From the IMG/VR virus record IMGVR_UViG_2630968558_000007, positions 1-9,233 of that record: a stretch of DNA of 9,233 nt; one strand, given 5' to 3'. The position numbers and the translations under genes were made by a program. The notes under the pieces are model-generated. The model was not told the DNA's origin. It did no database searches and saw nothing but the letters and a program-made list of their open reading frames with translations. Each line of letters begins with the position of its first letter. Positions within the stretch are counted from its first letter, which is position 1. Positions 1-7,442 of this stretch are shown piece by piece. Source of the stretch: a virus. Lineage: Duplodnaviria > Heunggongvirae > Uroviricota > Caudoviricetes.

Positions 1-60
1 ATGAGTCACCTCTGGTTGAGAGTTTACTCACTTAGTCCTGTGTCCACTATTGGTGGGTAA
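1..60 (+). CDS. 3' end of an upstream late-operon gene (partial; by position possibly a gp20-like ejection protein)
   Basis: Frame 1 is open from the window edge to TAA at 58-60 (…SPVSTIGG*), immediately upstream of the gp16-like gene. Product inferred from synteny only. Confidence 0.3.
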   Translation: MSHLWLRVYSLSPVSTIGG

Positions 61-81
61 GATCATTCAATTTACGGTGGA

Positions 82-1923
82 ATGATGAAAGTAACTGCAA
101 ACGGTAAGACATTTACCTTTCCTGATGGTACGAGCACCGAAGATATTGGCACCGCCATTGATGAGTATTTTGCTGGTCAGGCTGTTCAGCAACAAACAGT
201 TAATCAGGCCAATAATGTACCAACACGGAAAGAACCATCATTGATGCAACAAGCTGGCGATTGGCTCACTGGTGGTCAAAGTGCAGGGCAAATTGCAGAA
301 CAGGCTGGTCGTGGTCTGGTAAACATACCATTTGACGTATTGCAGGGTGGCGCAAGTCTGATTAATGCAATCAGTCAGGGGCTTGGTGGGCCAAAAGTAT
401 TGGATGATGTCTATCGTCCAGTCGATCGACCGACAGACCCTTATGCGCAAGCTGGAGAAACAATTGGCGGGTATTTAGTTCCAGGAGTTGGAACGGCAGG
501 AAGCATGGCTATTGGATCACTGGCAGAGGCCGCAAATCAGAAAGGCGATTTCGCACAAAATGCAGCCAAAAATGCCGGAGTTAACCTTGCCGCTCAGGGG
601 GTTCTTTCCGCAGCAGCAAAGGGAATAGGGCGTGGAATAACGGCTATAAAAGGTGATATTTCGCCAGAAGTGGCGAAGAAAATTGCCACATCAGAATCGA
701 TGGGCGTGACACCAATGACATCTGATGTTATCCCGCCGAAAAATGCTTTCACTCGCGGCCTTACTCAGGATGCCGAGGGGGCTTTGCTCGGGACAGGCTC
801 AAAGCGAGCGGAGCAATATGCAACGCGTAGTAAGCTGGTAAGTAATTATTTTGACCGTTTTGGTGAGTACAACCCTGATGATGTGGTGAAATCTCTGACC
901 ACCACGTTAAGGGGGCGGAAGGATGCCGCTGGCGCTGTTATCAATGACGTCACCAATAAAATGGGTAATGCCGCAGTTGATACCACAAACACTATGAATG
1001 CTCTGAATACAGCGATCGCAAGACAGGAACGGCTTGGGACGTCTGCCAATCAAAGCCTGCTTACATCCTTGCGTAACCTACGTGAAGAATTAGCAAACCC
1101 TGCAACTGATTTGGATGTTACGTTTGATCTCCTGCGTCAGCACAGAACAGCATTTAGATCTAATGTTCAGGGAGATGCTATGGTCTTCCCCAACCAGGCA
1201 AAAGCAGCTACCAATATGGTAGAGAATGCAATGTCAAAAGACCTTCGTAACGCAGTTGCAAAAAACCTCGGTGCATCAGACGCAGCAAAATACCTTAAAG
1301 CAAATTCTGATTATGCAAACGTTTATAATAAGGTGCTTAATAAAAACATTGCTAACAAACTCAACAAGGCAAGCAGTGAAGCCAGCCCTGAACTTATAAA
1401 TACCGTTGTATTAAGCAGAAAACCATCTGACGTGAAACGAATATGGAGCGCACTGGATGATAAAGGGAAAGATGCTATGCGTGCAGCTTACGTCAGCAAA
1501 ATAGCGGAAAAGGCCGGTGACTCTCCAGCCAAGTTCATCACTGAAGTTAATAAGCTGAAATCTCAGTCAGGCGGTGAAATTTACAACACTATTTTTTCTG
1601 GAAAGCACATGAAAGAGCTTGATGCTCTTCATGAAGTTCTACAGCAAACAGCAAGGTCAGACACCGCAAATGTAGTAACTCAGACGGGGCAATCACAAGC
1701 CAACAGGATAAGGACGATTGGCGCAACTGCGACTCTTGGTGTATCAATGGGGCTTGAGGCTGGCTTTGGTGCAATGATGCGTTTGTATGAGTCCAAAGCA
1801 GCAAGGAATGCTCTCTTACGTCTGGCAAACACTAAAGCTGGAACGCCAGCCTATGAAAGAGCGTTGAATACCGCTGCAAATGCCATCAGGCCGCTGCTTG
1901 CTACTGAGGCAACACAGCAGTAA
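82..1923 (+). CDS. P22 gp16-like DNA ejection (injection) protein
   Basis: 613-aa ORF; N-terminus [18 protein letters not shown] resembles my recollection of P22 gp16; size close to gp16 (about 609 aa); Ala/Gly/Gln-rich composition typical of ejection proteins; last late gene before the immI region as in P22. Start may be ATG 85 rather than 82 (GGTGG at 76-80). Confidence 0.6.
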   Translation: MMKVTANGKTFTFPDGTSTEDIGTAIDEYFAGQAVQQQTVNQANNVPTRKEPSLMQQAGDWLTGGQSAGQIAEQAGRGLVNIPFDVLQGGASLINAISQGLGGPKVLDDVYRPVDRPTDPYAQAGETIGGYLVPGVGTAGSMAIGSLAEAANQKGDFAQNAAKNAGVNLAAQGVLSAAAKGIGRGITAIKGDISPEVAKKIATSESMGVTPMTSDVIPPKNAFTRGLTQDAEGALLGTGSKRAEQYATRSKLVSNYFDRFGEYNPDDVVKSLTTTLRGRKDAAGAVINDVTNKMGNAAVDTTNTMNALNTAIARQERLGTSANQSLLTSLRNLREELANPATDLDVTFDLLRQHRTAFRSNVQGDAMVFPNQAKAATNMVENAMSKDLRNAVAKNLGASDAAKYLKANSDYANVYNKVLNKNIANKLNKASSEASPELINTVVLSRKPSDVKRIWSALDDKGKDAMRAAYVSKIAEKAGDSPAKFITEVNKLKSQSGGEIYNTIFSGKHMKELDALHEVLQQTARSDTANVVTQTGQSQANRIRTIGATATLGVSMGLEAGFGAMMRLYESKAARNALLRLANTKAGTPAYERALNTAANAIRPLLATEATQQ

Positions 1924-1947
1924 CGTATGGGGAATTGGATTCAATCG

Positions 1948-2337
1948 TTAACATTTTCTTTTTACTTTTCCAACAAAGGCTTTGGTTGAATCCATATTCC
2001 CATAACCAGAAATGGTTTTCGACATTAAAACTGTTCCATTAGGATGTATTACCCATGAGTCGATAACTCGTTGAGTTTCGCCATTCGCGCCGATTCCGAT
2101 GATGGAGTTTTTAGACAATGCTTTGTAAGCCATGCCGCCCGCATCCGTCCCAGAATATGTGATACTGGCATCTTCACCGTTTGTCTTAATGATGAATGTT
2201 CCACTAAAACCATCTTCTTCCGGTTGAAAATTATTTCGTTCTGAATAGCTTATTCCGTGCATATCTCCAACGACCCAGCACTCTGCTGAGACAGAAAACG
2301 AGAAGACAAAGAAAGCCATTGCTATAATCAATTTCAT
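1948..2337 (-). CDS. hypothetical secreted protein (predicted Sec signal peptide), third gene of the mnt operon
   Basis: 129-aa ORF. N-terminus MKLIIAMAFFVFSFSVSA|EC has a hydrophobic core and an AXA-like cleavage site, with no lipobox. Mature protein has Cys near both ends (ECWVV…KVKRKC). Start lies 15 nt after the stop of the upstream ORF, same strand as mnt. Visibly AT-rich. Confidence 0.55.
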   Translation of the reverse strand: MKLIIAMAFFVFSFSVSAECWVVGDMHGISYSERNNFQPEEDGFSGTFIIKTNGEDASITYSGTDAGGMAYKALSKNSIIGIGANGETQRVIDSWVIHPNGTVLMSKTISGYGNMDSTKAFVGKVKRKC

Positions 2338-2352
2338 TTTAAGCCCTTATTG

Positions 2353-2688
2353 TTATTGATTCTTTTTGCACGGAAATGTTTTTCCTACTGCTAGGGCGGT
2401 TAGTATAACTGCATTCTCATTTCTTGATTCTGGGTTTTTGTTTAGATATTTCTCAACGATATCGGTGTATTGATACATGTCAACGCCATCAGGAGGACAT
2501 AGAGAACCAATTAGTATCAATGAGTCAGTTACTCCGCGCAAATATCCAGTAATGTAAAGCGATGAAAAATCATCACCATTTTTACCTTGTTGAATGTTGT
2601 AAAGAAGGTCATTACCCGTTTGAAGCTCGCGCAGCTCAGCACTGGAAGAAGAGACAACTGCTAACAGGAACAGTGATAGAAATCTCAT
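2353..2688 (-). CDS. hypothetical secreted protein (predicted Sec signal peptide), translationally coupled to mnt
   Basis: 111-aa ORF. N-terminus MRFLSLFLLAVVSSSSA|EL is a signal peptide. Two Cys in the mature part (SLCPPDG, FPCKK). Its ATG overlaps the mnt stop in an ATGA arrangement (plus-strand tcat at 2685-2688). Confidence 0.55.
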   Translation of the reverse strand: MRFLSLFLLAVVSSSSAELRELQTGNDLLYNIQQGKNGDDFSSLYITGYLRGVTDSLILIGSLCPPDGVDMYQYTDIVEKYLNKNPESRNENAVILTALAVGKTFPCKKNQ

Positions 2689-2939
2689 TTCAAATCCTTT
2701 TCATAAATCTTTTTAAGTGTCTCAAACACTATAGCCTTGAACTGCTCGGCCTGCTGATCAGCCAAGCGTTCAGCTTCGTCGCGATATCCTGTAATCGGTG
2801 ATGGTTTTGATAGTGCATCCTGAACGATTTGTAATAACTCAGAGTTCATTGACCTTCCGTTAGCCTCGGCTCTTAATTTCAATTTTTCTCTTACTTCCAA
2901 AGGCATACGGAAGTTAAAGTGCGGATCATCTCTAGCCAT
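2685..2939 (-). CDS. mnt: Mnt repressor (ribbon-helix-helix maintenance repressor of immI)
   Basis: 84-aa product MARDDPHFNFRMPLEVREKLKLRAEANGRSMNSELLQIVQDALSKPSPITGY… is near-identical to P22 Mnt as I recall it. SD GGAGTGA upstream on the minus strand. Divergent from arc across the Pant/Pmnt region. Confidence 0.9.
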   Translation of the reverse strand: MARDDPHFNFRMPLEVREKLKLRAEANGRSMNSELLQIVQDALSKPSPITGYRDEAERLADQQAEQFKAIVFETLKKIYEKDLK

Positions 2940-2961
2940 GCCATCACTCCAAGTTAGTGTA

Positions 2962-2990
2962 TTGACATGATAGAAGCACTCTACTATATT
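2962..2990 (+). promoter_or_regulatory. Pant-like sigma70 promoter driving arc-ant (-35 TTGACA 2962-2967, 17-bp spacer, -10 TATATT 2985-2990)
   Basis: Consensus -35 and near-consensus -10 hexamers with a 17-bp spacer, directly upstream of arc. The Arc operator lies between the hexamers, as in P22 Pant. Confidence 0.7.
2967..2987. promoter_or_regulatory. Arc operator (ATGATAGAAGCACTCTACTAT)
   Basis: 21-bp sequence with TAGA/TCTA half-sites, matching the P22 arc operator from memory; sits in the Pant spacer. Confidence 0.8.
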
Positions 2991-2995
2991 CTCAA
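2967..2995 (-). promoter_or_regulatory. Pmnt-like promoter on the minus strand (-35 TTGAGA from 2995-2990, 17-bp spacer, -10 TATCAT from 2972-2967)
   Basis: Hexamers read on the minus strand with a 17-bp spacer, upstream of the mnt start; overlaps the Arc operator and abuts the Mnt operator. Hexamer assignment is by inspection only. Confidence 0.45.
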
Positions 2996-3015
2996 TAGGT
3001 CCACCGTGGACCTAT
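2995..3015. promoter_or_regulatory. Mnt operator (perfect palindrome ATAGGTCCACCGTGGACCTAT; 17-bp core 2997-3013)
   Basis: Perfect 21-bp inverted repeat. The 17-bp core is the reverse complement of the P22 Omnt sequence AGGTCCACGGTGGACCT as I recall it. It overlaps the predicted Pant start site. Confidence 0.8.
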
Positions 3016-3029
3016 ATTGTGAGGTGAAC

Positions 3030-3191
3030 ATGAAAGGAATGAGCAAAATGCCGCAGTTCAATTTGCGGTGGCCTAAAGAAGTATTGGATTTGGTACGCAA
3101 GGTGGCGGAAGAGAATGGTCGGTCTGTTAATTCTGAGATTTATCAGCGAGTAATGGAAAGCTTTAAGAAGGAAGGGCGCATTGGTGCGTAA
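3030..3191 (+). CDS. arc: Arc repressor (ribbon-helix-helix)
   Basis: Internal ATG at 3030 gives the 53-aa product [53 protein letters not shown], essentially P22 Arc. SD GAGGTG at 3021-3026. The 74-aa track ORF from 2967 runs back across the promoter and operators and is an over-extension. Confidence 0.9.
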   Translation: MKGMSKMPQFNLRWPKEVLDLVRKVAEENGRSVNSEIYQRVMESFKKEGRIGA

Positions 3192-3259
3192 AGTTGAAGC
3201 CCCAACTGCTGGAACAGTCAGGGCTTCGGTATCAACAAAACTTACGAGGTATTATTGAT

Positions 3260-4150
3260 ATGTCAAGCTTAGCAAAGTCAACTGTAAATTGCACTAATAG
3301 CATCATCATTTCTGACGTCAAGATTCATATGGATTCAGAGGGGCGTTACTCGCTTAATGACCTTCATGTAGCGTCTGGGAAGGAGGAAAAACATCAGCCA
3401 GCTTTCTTCATGCGTAGAAATGAAACTATTGAATTGATTAATGAAATTTTTAATTCTGCGGATATGCAGAATAAGAATCCCGTCCTTTCTAAGAAAGGTC
3501 GATATGGTGGAACCTACGTGTGCAAGGAGCTTGTTTACTCCTACGCCATGTGGATTAGTGCATCCTTTGCGCTGAAGGTTATCCGTGCATATGACGCAAT
3601 GGTTACTGCCACACAAGATAGGAAGGCTATTGGAGGTAAAACTTCAGTAGCTGAACGCACACCGCTACGAGATGCAGTAAACATGCTGGTAGGAAAGAAA
3701 GGACTTCGCTATGACGATGCATACAATATGGTTCATCAGCGTTTTGGTATTGACAGCATTGATGAACTTTCAATTGAACAAATCCCGCAAGCTGTAGAGT
3801 ACATCCACAGGGTGGTGCTTGAAGGTGAGTTCATCGGCAAACAAGAGAGGAAAGTCAACGAGCTTTCTGCAAAAGAAGCAAACAGCCTTGTATGGTTATG
3901 GGATTATGCCAACCGCTCACAGGCATTATTCCGCAAACTGTATCCGGCGCTGAAACAAATTCAATCGAACTATTCCGGCAGATGCTACGACTATGGTCAT
4001 GAGTTCTCGTATGTTATCGGAATGGCAAGAGACGTTTTAATAAACCACACACGAGATGTTGATATCAATGAGCCAGACGGACCAACGAATCTTTCCGCAT
4101 GGATGAGACTTAAGAATAAAGAATTACCTCCTTCAGTACATAACTACTGA
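3260..4150 (+). CDS. ant: antirepressor-like protein with N-terminal KilA-N domain (Ant position of immI)
   Basis: Position after arc as in P22. KilA-N-type motifs [13 protein letters not shown] and [25 protein letters not shown]. Preferred start is ATG 3260 (SD GAGGT at 3246-3250), giving 297 aa; the track ORF begins at TTG 3194, 2 nt after the arc stop and with no SD. Confidence 0.65.
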   Translation: MSSLAKSTVNCTNSIIISDVKIHMDSEGRYSLNDLHVASGKEEKHQPAFFMRRNETIELINEIFNSADMQNKNPVLSKKGRYGGTYVCKELVYSYAMWISASFALKVIRAYDAMVTATQDRKAIGGKTSVAERTPLRDAVNMLVGKKGLRYDDAYNMVHQRFGIDSIDELSIEQIPQAVEYIHRVVLEGEFIGKQERKVNELSAKEANSLVWLWDYANRSQALFRKLYPALKQIQSNYSGRCYDYGHEFSYVIGMARDVLINHTRDVDINEPDGPTNLSAWMRLKNKELPPSVHNY

Positions 4151-4169
4151 CAGATAACCAACGCAACGA

Positions 4170-4192
4170 CCCAGCTTCGGCTGGGTTTTTTT
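4170..4192 (+). terminator. Rho-independent terminator after ant (stem CCCAGC / GCTGGG, loop TTCG, then a 7-T run)
   Basis: Perfect 6-bp GC-rich stem at 4170-4175 and 4180-4185 with a 4-nt loop, followed directly by T7 at 4186-4192, about 20 nt after the ant stop. Confidence 0.7.
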
Positions 4193-4250
4193 ATGCCCAA
4201 AATTCACCGTAGCCATGCTGCGGCGATTCCTTGTATCTGGAGCAAATTAA

Positions 4251-6173
4251 ATGACAGACATTACAGCCAATGTGATTGTATCGATGCCTTCGCAACTCTT
4301 CACTATGGCACGTTCTTTTAAAGCCGTAGCCAATGGCAAAATTTATATAGGAAAAATTGACACTGACCCGGTAAATCCTGAAAACCAGATTCAGGTTTAT
4401 GTGGAGAATGAGGATGGTTCTCACGTTCCTGTTTCACAACCAATCATCATTAACGCTGCTGGATATCCGGTATATAACGGACAGATTGCCAAGTTCGTAA
4501 CTGTGCAAGGCCACTCTATGGCTGTTTATGATGCATATGGTGCGCAGCAGTTCTATTTTCCTAATGTGCTGAAGTACGACCCGGATCAGTTAAGGCAGCA
4601 GATTGAAGACCCTGATGGGGCAACCAAATATCCCGCATTGCAGATTTCTCGCTGGCGTGATGATTTAGACGTGCGTGGATGGGGAGTATTCCCGGATGGT
4701 ACAGATGTTACTGCTAAACTGTGTGAGGCATTGGATTATGCTAACGGTGATTATTCACAATTAGTTGAGTATGGGAAAAACAGAAAATCATTGCATATCC
4801 CTCCAGGCGATTATGTCGTTGATATGACCAAGCTGACTGGCATTCATGCTTCTGCTGGTCGCTTTGTGATCCGCTGTAACGTTGATTGTGTTGGCCGAAT
4901 CCCTAACGGGGATTTCCTAATCCTTCATAGTAAATCTATAAATGTAACTGGCCTTTCATGTAAATCGTTATACATTAGAGGGCTACAGTTTTCTATTATC
5001 TCGAACATTGATACGACCGGCGATATAAGATTTTTTTCATCAGACGCATACACTCTGCCTGGGTTGGTTGTATGGGGTGGCGGGAGTTATTGGAATCATT
5101 TTGTACGCATCAAAACAGGTACTGCGGCAGGTGGTGGCAGATTCATAATTGACATCTCTGATGGATCTATAAATCAAAATACATTTGAGCAGCTTTGCGG
5201 TGGTGGTCTGATCATAACTGGATCAGGTTTTAGTCGCCAGACCGGTGCTCCGTATGAGGGGAACGCAAACACATTTATAGGTCTTGACACATCGGGAAGC
5301 GGCGATTATTTGCTCTATAACAATAGCACCCCAAATCAGCATAATGTTGTGATAGGTTTGTATGGCGAGGTTACGGGCAATGGGAAAATACGTGGGCCGT
5401 GGACCATACTTGGCGCGCGTGCGCAATTTGGGGGCTGGGCCTCAACCATGAGCCCCATGAATACCATATTAGGGACAGACCCTACAGCAGGCTCACAGGG
5501 AGGAGAGACGTTCAGTGTCTCCGGTTCTAATCTTTGCCCTTCTGGAGATTGGTCGGTTATTGAAGGAGTCTACGGAGCACCGATTGACTTTTCCCTTTTA
5601 ACTATACCGAACGAACGAAAGGTTGGTTCTGACCCTAATGAACCATCTGGCTGCGGTAGATGGTTTGGAGTCACTAACGCATCTCAACGTTGCAGAATAA
5701 CCCTAAATTTAACTAAAACACAGTCAGGTTTCATTCGTGGAGCTTTTTACTTTAAAGGCGACACACCGCTTGAGATAGCTATAGAAGCTCAAGATGGTAC
5801 TAATACCATCTATATGCCAGTTAATATGTTCTACGATATGGGTGTTGGAGGGTGGAAGTTATACAAAGTTTCAGCGCCAACCAACGACAAAAGTAAAGCA
5901 TACAGATTAAGGATTACAGTTGAATCCGGAATGAGCGCTTATGTTGGAGGAGCGTATTTTAGCCAGTATAACGGAACCTTTCTTCCAGTATTCTGCGGAT
6001 GGGAGAAAGTAAAAATGAGATCTAGCGTAAAGCCTACTGTGACAGAGAACACAGGTTCTTTCCCAATCGGCTTGGTGTCCTACAGAACATCTCCAGCAAC
6101 ATATCCTTCCGACCCTACTGTCCAATGGGTGTGGAATGGAAGTACATGGGGGATTGTGAATATTTCTGCCTAA
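4251..6173 (+). CDS. tailspike protein (P22 gp9 / Sf6-type head-binding domain fused to a divergent receptor-binding domain)
   Basis: First ~113 aa ([50 protein letters not shown]…NVLKYDPDQ) are near-identical to the Sf6/HK620/P22 tailspike head-binding domain as recalled. The remaining ~525 aa are Gly/Ser/Thr/Asn-rich and consistent with a beta-helix receptor-binding domain. SD GGAG at 4239-4242. Confidence 0.9.
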   Translation: MTDITANVIVSMPSQLFTMARSFKAVANGKIYIGKIDTDPVNPENQIQVYVENEDGSHVPVSQPIIINAAGYPVYNGQIAKFVTVQGHSMAVYDAYGAQQFYFPNVLKYDPDQLRQQIEDPDGATKYPALQISRWRDDLDVRGWGVFPDGTDVTAKLCEALDYANGDYSQLVEYGKNRKSLHIPPGDYVVDMTKLTGIHASAGRFVIRCNVDCVGRIPNGDFLILHSKSINVTGLSCKSLYIRGLQFSIISNIDTTGDIRFFSSDAYTLPGLVVWGGGSYWNHFVRIKTGTAAGGGRFIIDISDGSINQNTFEQLCGGGLIITGSGFSRQTGAPYEGNANTFIGLDTSGSGDYLLYNNSTPNQHNVVIGLYGEVTGNGKIRGPWTILGARAQFGGWASTMSPMNTILGTDPTAGSQGGETFSVSGSNLCPSGDWSVIEGVYGAPIDFSLLTIPNERKVGSDPNEPSGCGRWFGVTNASQRCRITLNLTKTQSGFIRGAFYFKGDTPLEIAIEAQDGTNTIYMPVNMFYDMGVGGWKLYKVSAPTNDKSKAYRLRITVESGMSAYVGGAYFSQYNGTFLPVFCGWEKVKMRSSVKPTVTENTGSFPIGLVSYRTSPATYPSDPTVQWVWNGSTWGIVNISA

Positions 6174-6178
6174 CCAAT

Positions 6179-6203
6179 AGCGGCATGCTTCAAACATGCC
6201 GCT
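6179..6203. terminator. hairpin between convergent tailspike and acyltransferase genes (possible bidirectional terminator)
   Basis: Perfect 9-bp stem AGCGGCATG / CATGCCGCT with a 7-nt loop, 6 nt after the tailspike stop and just before the acyltransferase stop. No strong U-tract on either strand, so terminator function is uncertain. Confidence 0.35.
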
Positions 6204-6209
6204 TCAAAA

Positions 6210-7307
6210 TTATCTTGGAATATTTTTCTCGATATATTTATAGCTTAGTAGTGCAAAAGCTACAGATGTTATAAATACAATAAAAATAAACGAGAAGCTT
6301 TTTGATAAATCAGCCATCCCAAGCCAATCTATCATCTTAAAGCATAATATAAACGTAATTGGATGAACTAAATACAAAGAGTATGAAGCATCACCAATCA
6401 TGATGAAAATACGTGGTATTTTGATGTTGTCTTGTATGTAGTCAGAGCATGCAGTAAAGCATGCAAACATTATGCAAAAATATTTCCCTGAATGAAAAAT
6501 CCCATGCCCAGCATCAAACTGTGTTATGTAAGCCCATACAGGGATTATGATTCCAATCGAAATTAATGGTATTGCAATCCTTTTGTCTCTAATTGAAAAG
6601 TTACCACTTTTGTATAGGATAGCAATAATCGCACCGAAGACAAACTCCCAAATCAGGCTTTGCATGGTTAAATTTATATATCCTAAACCTTCAATTTTTG
6701 GTCTGTCGAATACACCCGCAATAGATGGCAAAGCTAACAGTGTAATGAAAAACCATAATATATAAAATGTATACCTAAACTTCCCCAGCGCTATTCCAAT
6801 GGCGCAAACTAAATAAAAATATATTTCATAATTGAGGGTCCATCCAACGAACAATGATGGAGGCCCAAAGTATATAGGTGACTCAGTGTTTAGTGGAATG
6901 AAAAGCAAACCTTTGATTATGTTTGTTAATTCAAATGAGCTAGATGATTGGTTATATGAAAACCCATGCATTAAAGATAAATCAACATTTTTAACAATGA
7001 CTATATATGCAATAGTCATGATGAAATATAGAGGCCAAACTCTTAAGAAACGTTTTTTAATAAACTTTATCAAATCATTGCTTTGGTAGCTATGAGACGT
7101 ATAAATTATGATAAAACCACTAATGATGAAAAATAAATCAACTCCGAATGCACCAGGCCAAAATAATCGCTGAGCCAGCCATTCATATTCTGTTCCTTTC
7201 AAAAAATCCCTTGCATGGCAAAGTACGACAAGCATAGCTGCAATAGCCCTAAGCGCCTGTATATACTGAAGGTTATTCTTTCTTGGTGGACTGTTATCGA
7301 TTTCCAA
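6210..7307 (-). CDS. acyltransferase-3 family integral membrane protein (O-antigen acetyltransferase, Oac-like serotype-conversion candidate)
   Basis: 365-aa polytopic hydrophobic protein with acyltransferase-3 signatures: N-terminal LRAIAAMLVVLCH, FGVDLFFIISGF, C-terminal SYSLYLVHP. Sits between tailspike and integrase where Sf6 carries oac. Visibly AT-rich. Apparent TTG start at 7307 with AGGTG 4 nt upstream. Confidence 0.8.
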   Translation of the reverse strand: MEIDNSPPRKNNLQYIQALRAIAAMLVVLCHARDFLKGTEYEWLAQRLFWPGAFGVDLFFIISGFIIIYTSHSYQSNDLIKFIKKRFLRVWPLYFIMTIAYIVIVKNVDLSLMHGFSYNQSSSSFELTNIIKGLLFIPLNTESPIYFGPPSLFVGWTLNYEIYFYLVCAIGIALGKFRYTFYILWFFITLLALPSIAGVFDRPKIEGLGYINLTMQSLIWEFVFGAIIAILYKSGNFSIRDKRIAIPLISIGIIIPVWAYITQFDAGHGIFHSGKYFCIMFACFTACSDYIQDNIKIPRIFIMIGDASYSLYLVHPITFILCFKMIDWLGMADLSKSFSFIFIVFITSVAFALLSYKYIEKNIPR

Positions 7308-7405
7308 AATACACCTATAATAGTTTTTTGATAAGTATCAGTAGCTTCTGAAAGGTCTGAAGTTTAGCACCACAAACGCTATTGATCGACACCGCCGATC
7401 AGTAA

Positions 7406-7425
7406 TACTGTATTAATATACAGTA
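7406..7425. promoter_or_regulatory. LexA (SOS) box TACTGTATTAATATACAGTA
   Basis: Perfect 20-bp palindrome fitting the E. coli LexA consensus CTGT-N8-ACAG; 17 nt upstream of the umuD'-like start codon, with SD GGAGGTGA at 7432-7439. Confidence 0.8.
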
Positions 7426-7442
7426 TCCATCGGAGGTGAGTT

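Noticed and set aside
238-450. Minus-strand ORFs of 70, 67 and 79 aa (238-450, 846-1049, 1589-1828) inside the gp16-like gene
   Set aside because: All lie antisense within a long, well-supported coding region and have no SD or recognisable features; treated as shadow ORFs.
1948-2688. Possibility that the two signal-peptide proteins are lipoproteins (Cor/Llp-like) or P22 SieA
   Set aside because: No lipobox: Cys does not immediately follow the predicted cleavage site (…SVSA|EC and …SSSA|EL). I recall SieA as an inner-membrane protein, and neither ORF has internal hydrophobic helices.
2562-2801. 79-aa plus-strand ORF overlapping mnt and the 111-aa ORF
   Set aside because: Antisense to two better-supported genes (Mnt homology, signal peptide); no independent evidence.
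2967-3029. N-terminal extension of arc (74-aa ORF starting at 2967)
   Set aside because: It would begin inside the Arc operator and the Pant spacer. Recognisable Arc starts at the internal ATG 3030, which has a proper SD.
3335-3616. 93-aa minus-strand ORF inside ant
   Set aside because: Antisense within the KilA-N coding region. A sar-like antisense RNA may exist near the ant 5' end, but a 93-aa protein is not supported.
4191-4424. 77-aa minus-strand ORF spanning the ant-tailspike intergenic region and the tailspike start
   Set aside because: It overlaps the terminator and the highly conserved tailspike N-terminus on the opposite strand; no SD; probably spurious.
5223-6197. Minus-strand ORFs of 67 and 96 aa inside the tailspike gene (5223-5426, 5907-6197)
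   Set aside because: Antisense shadows within a long, conserved coding region.
6547-7089. Plus-strand ORFs of 72 and 85 aa inside the acyltransferase gene (6547-6765, 6832-7089)
   Set aside because: They are antisense to a clear multi-pass acyltransferase-3 gene. AT-rich DNA generates such ORFs by chance.
7308-7405. Possible attP core between the acyltransferase and umuD'-like genes
   Set aside because: No tRNA-like sequence is visible there, whereas a clear tRNA-Arg 3' end lies on the other side of int at 9219-9233; the attachment site is more likely at the window edge.
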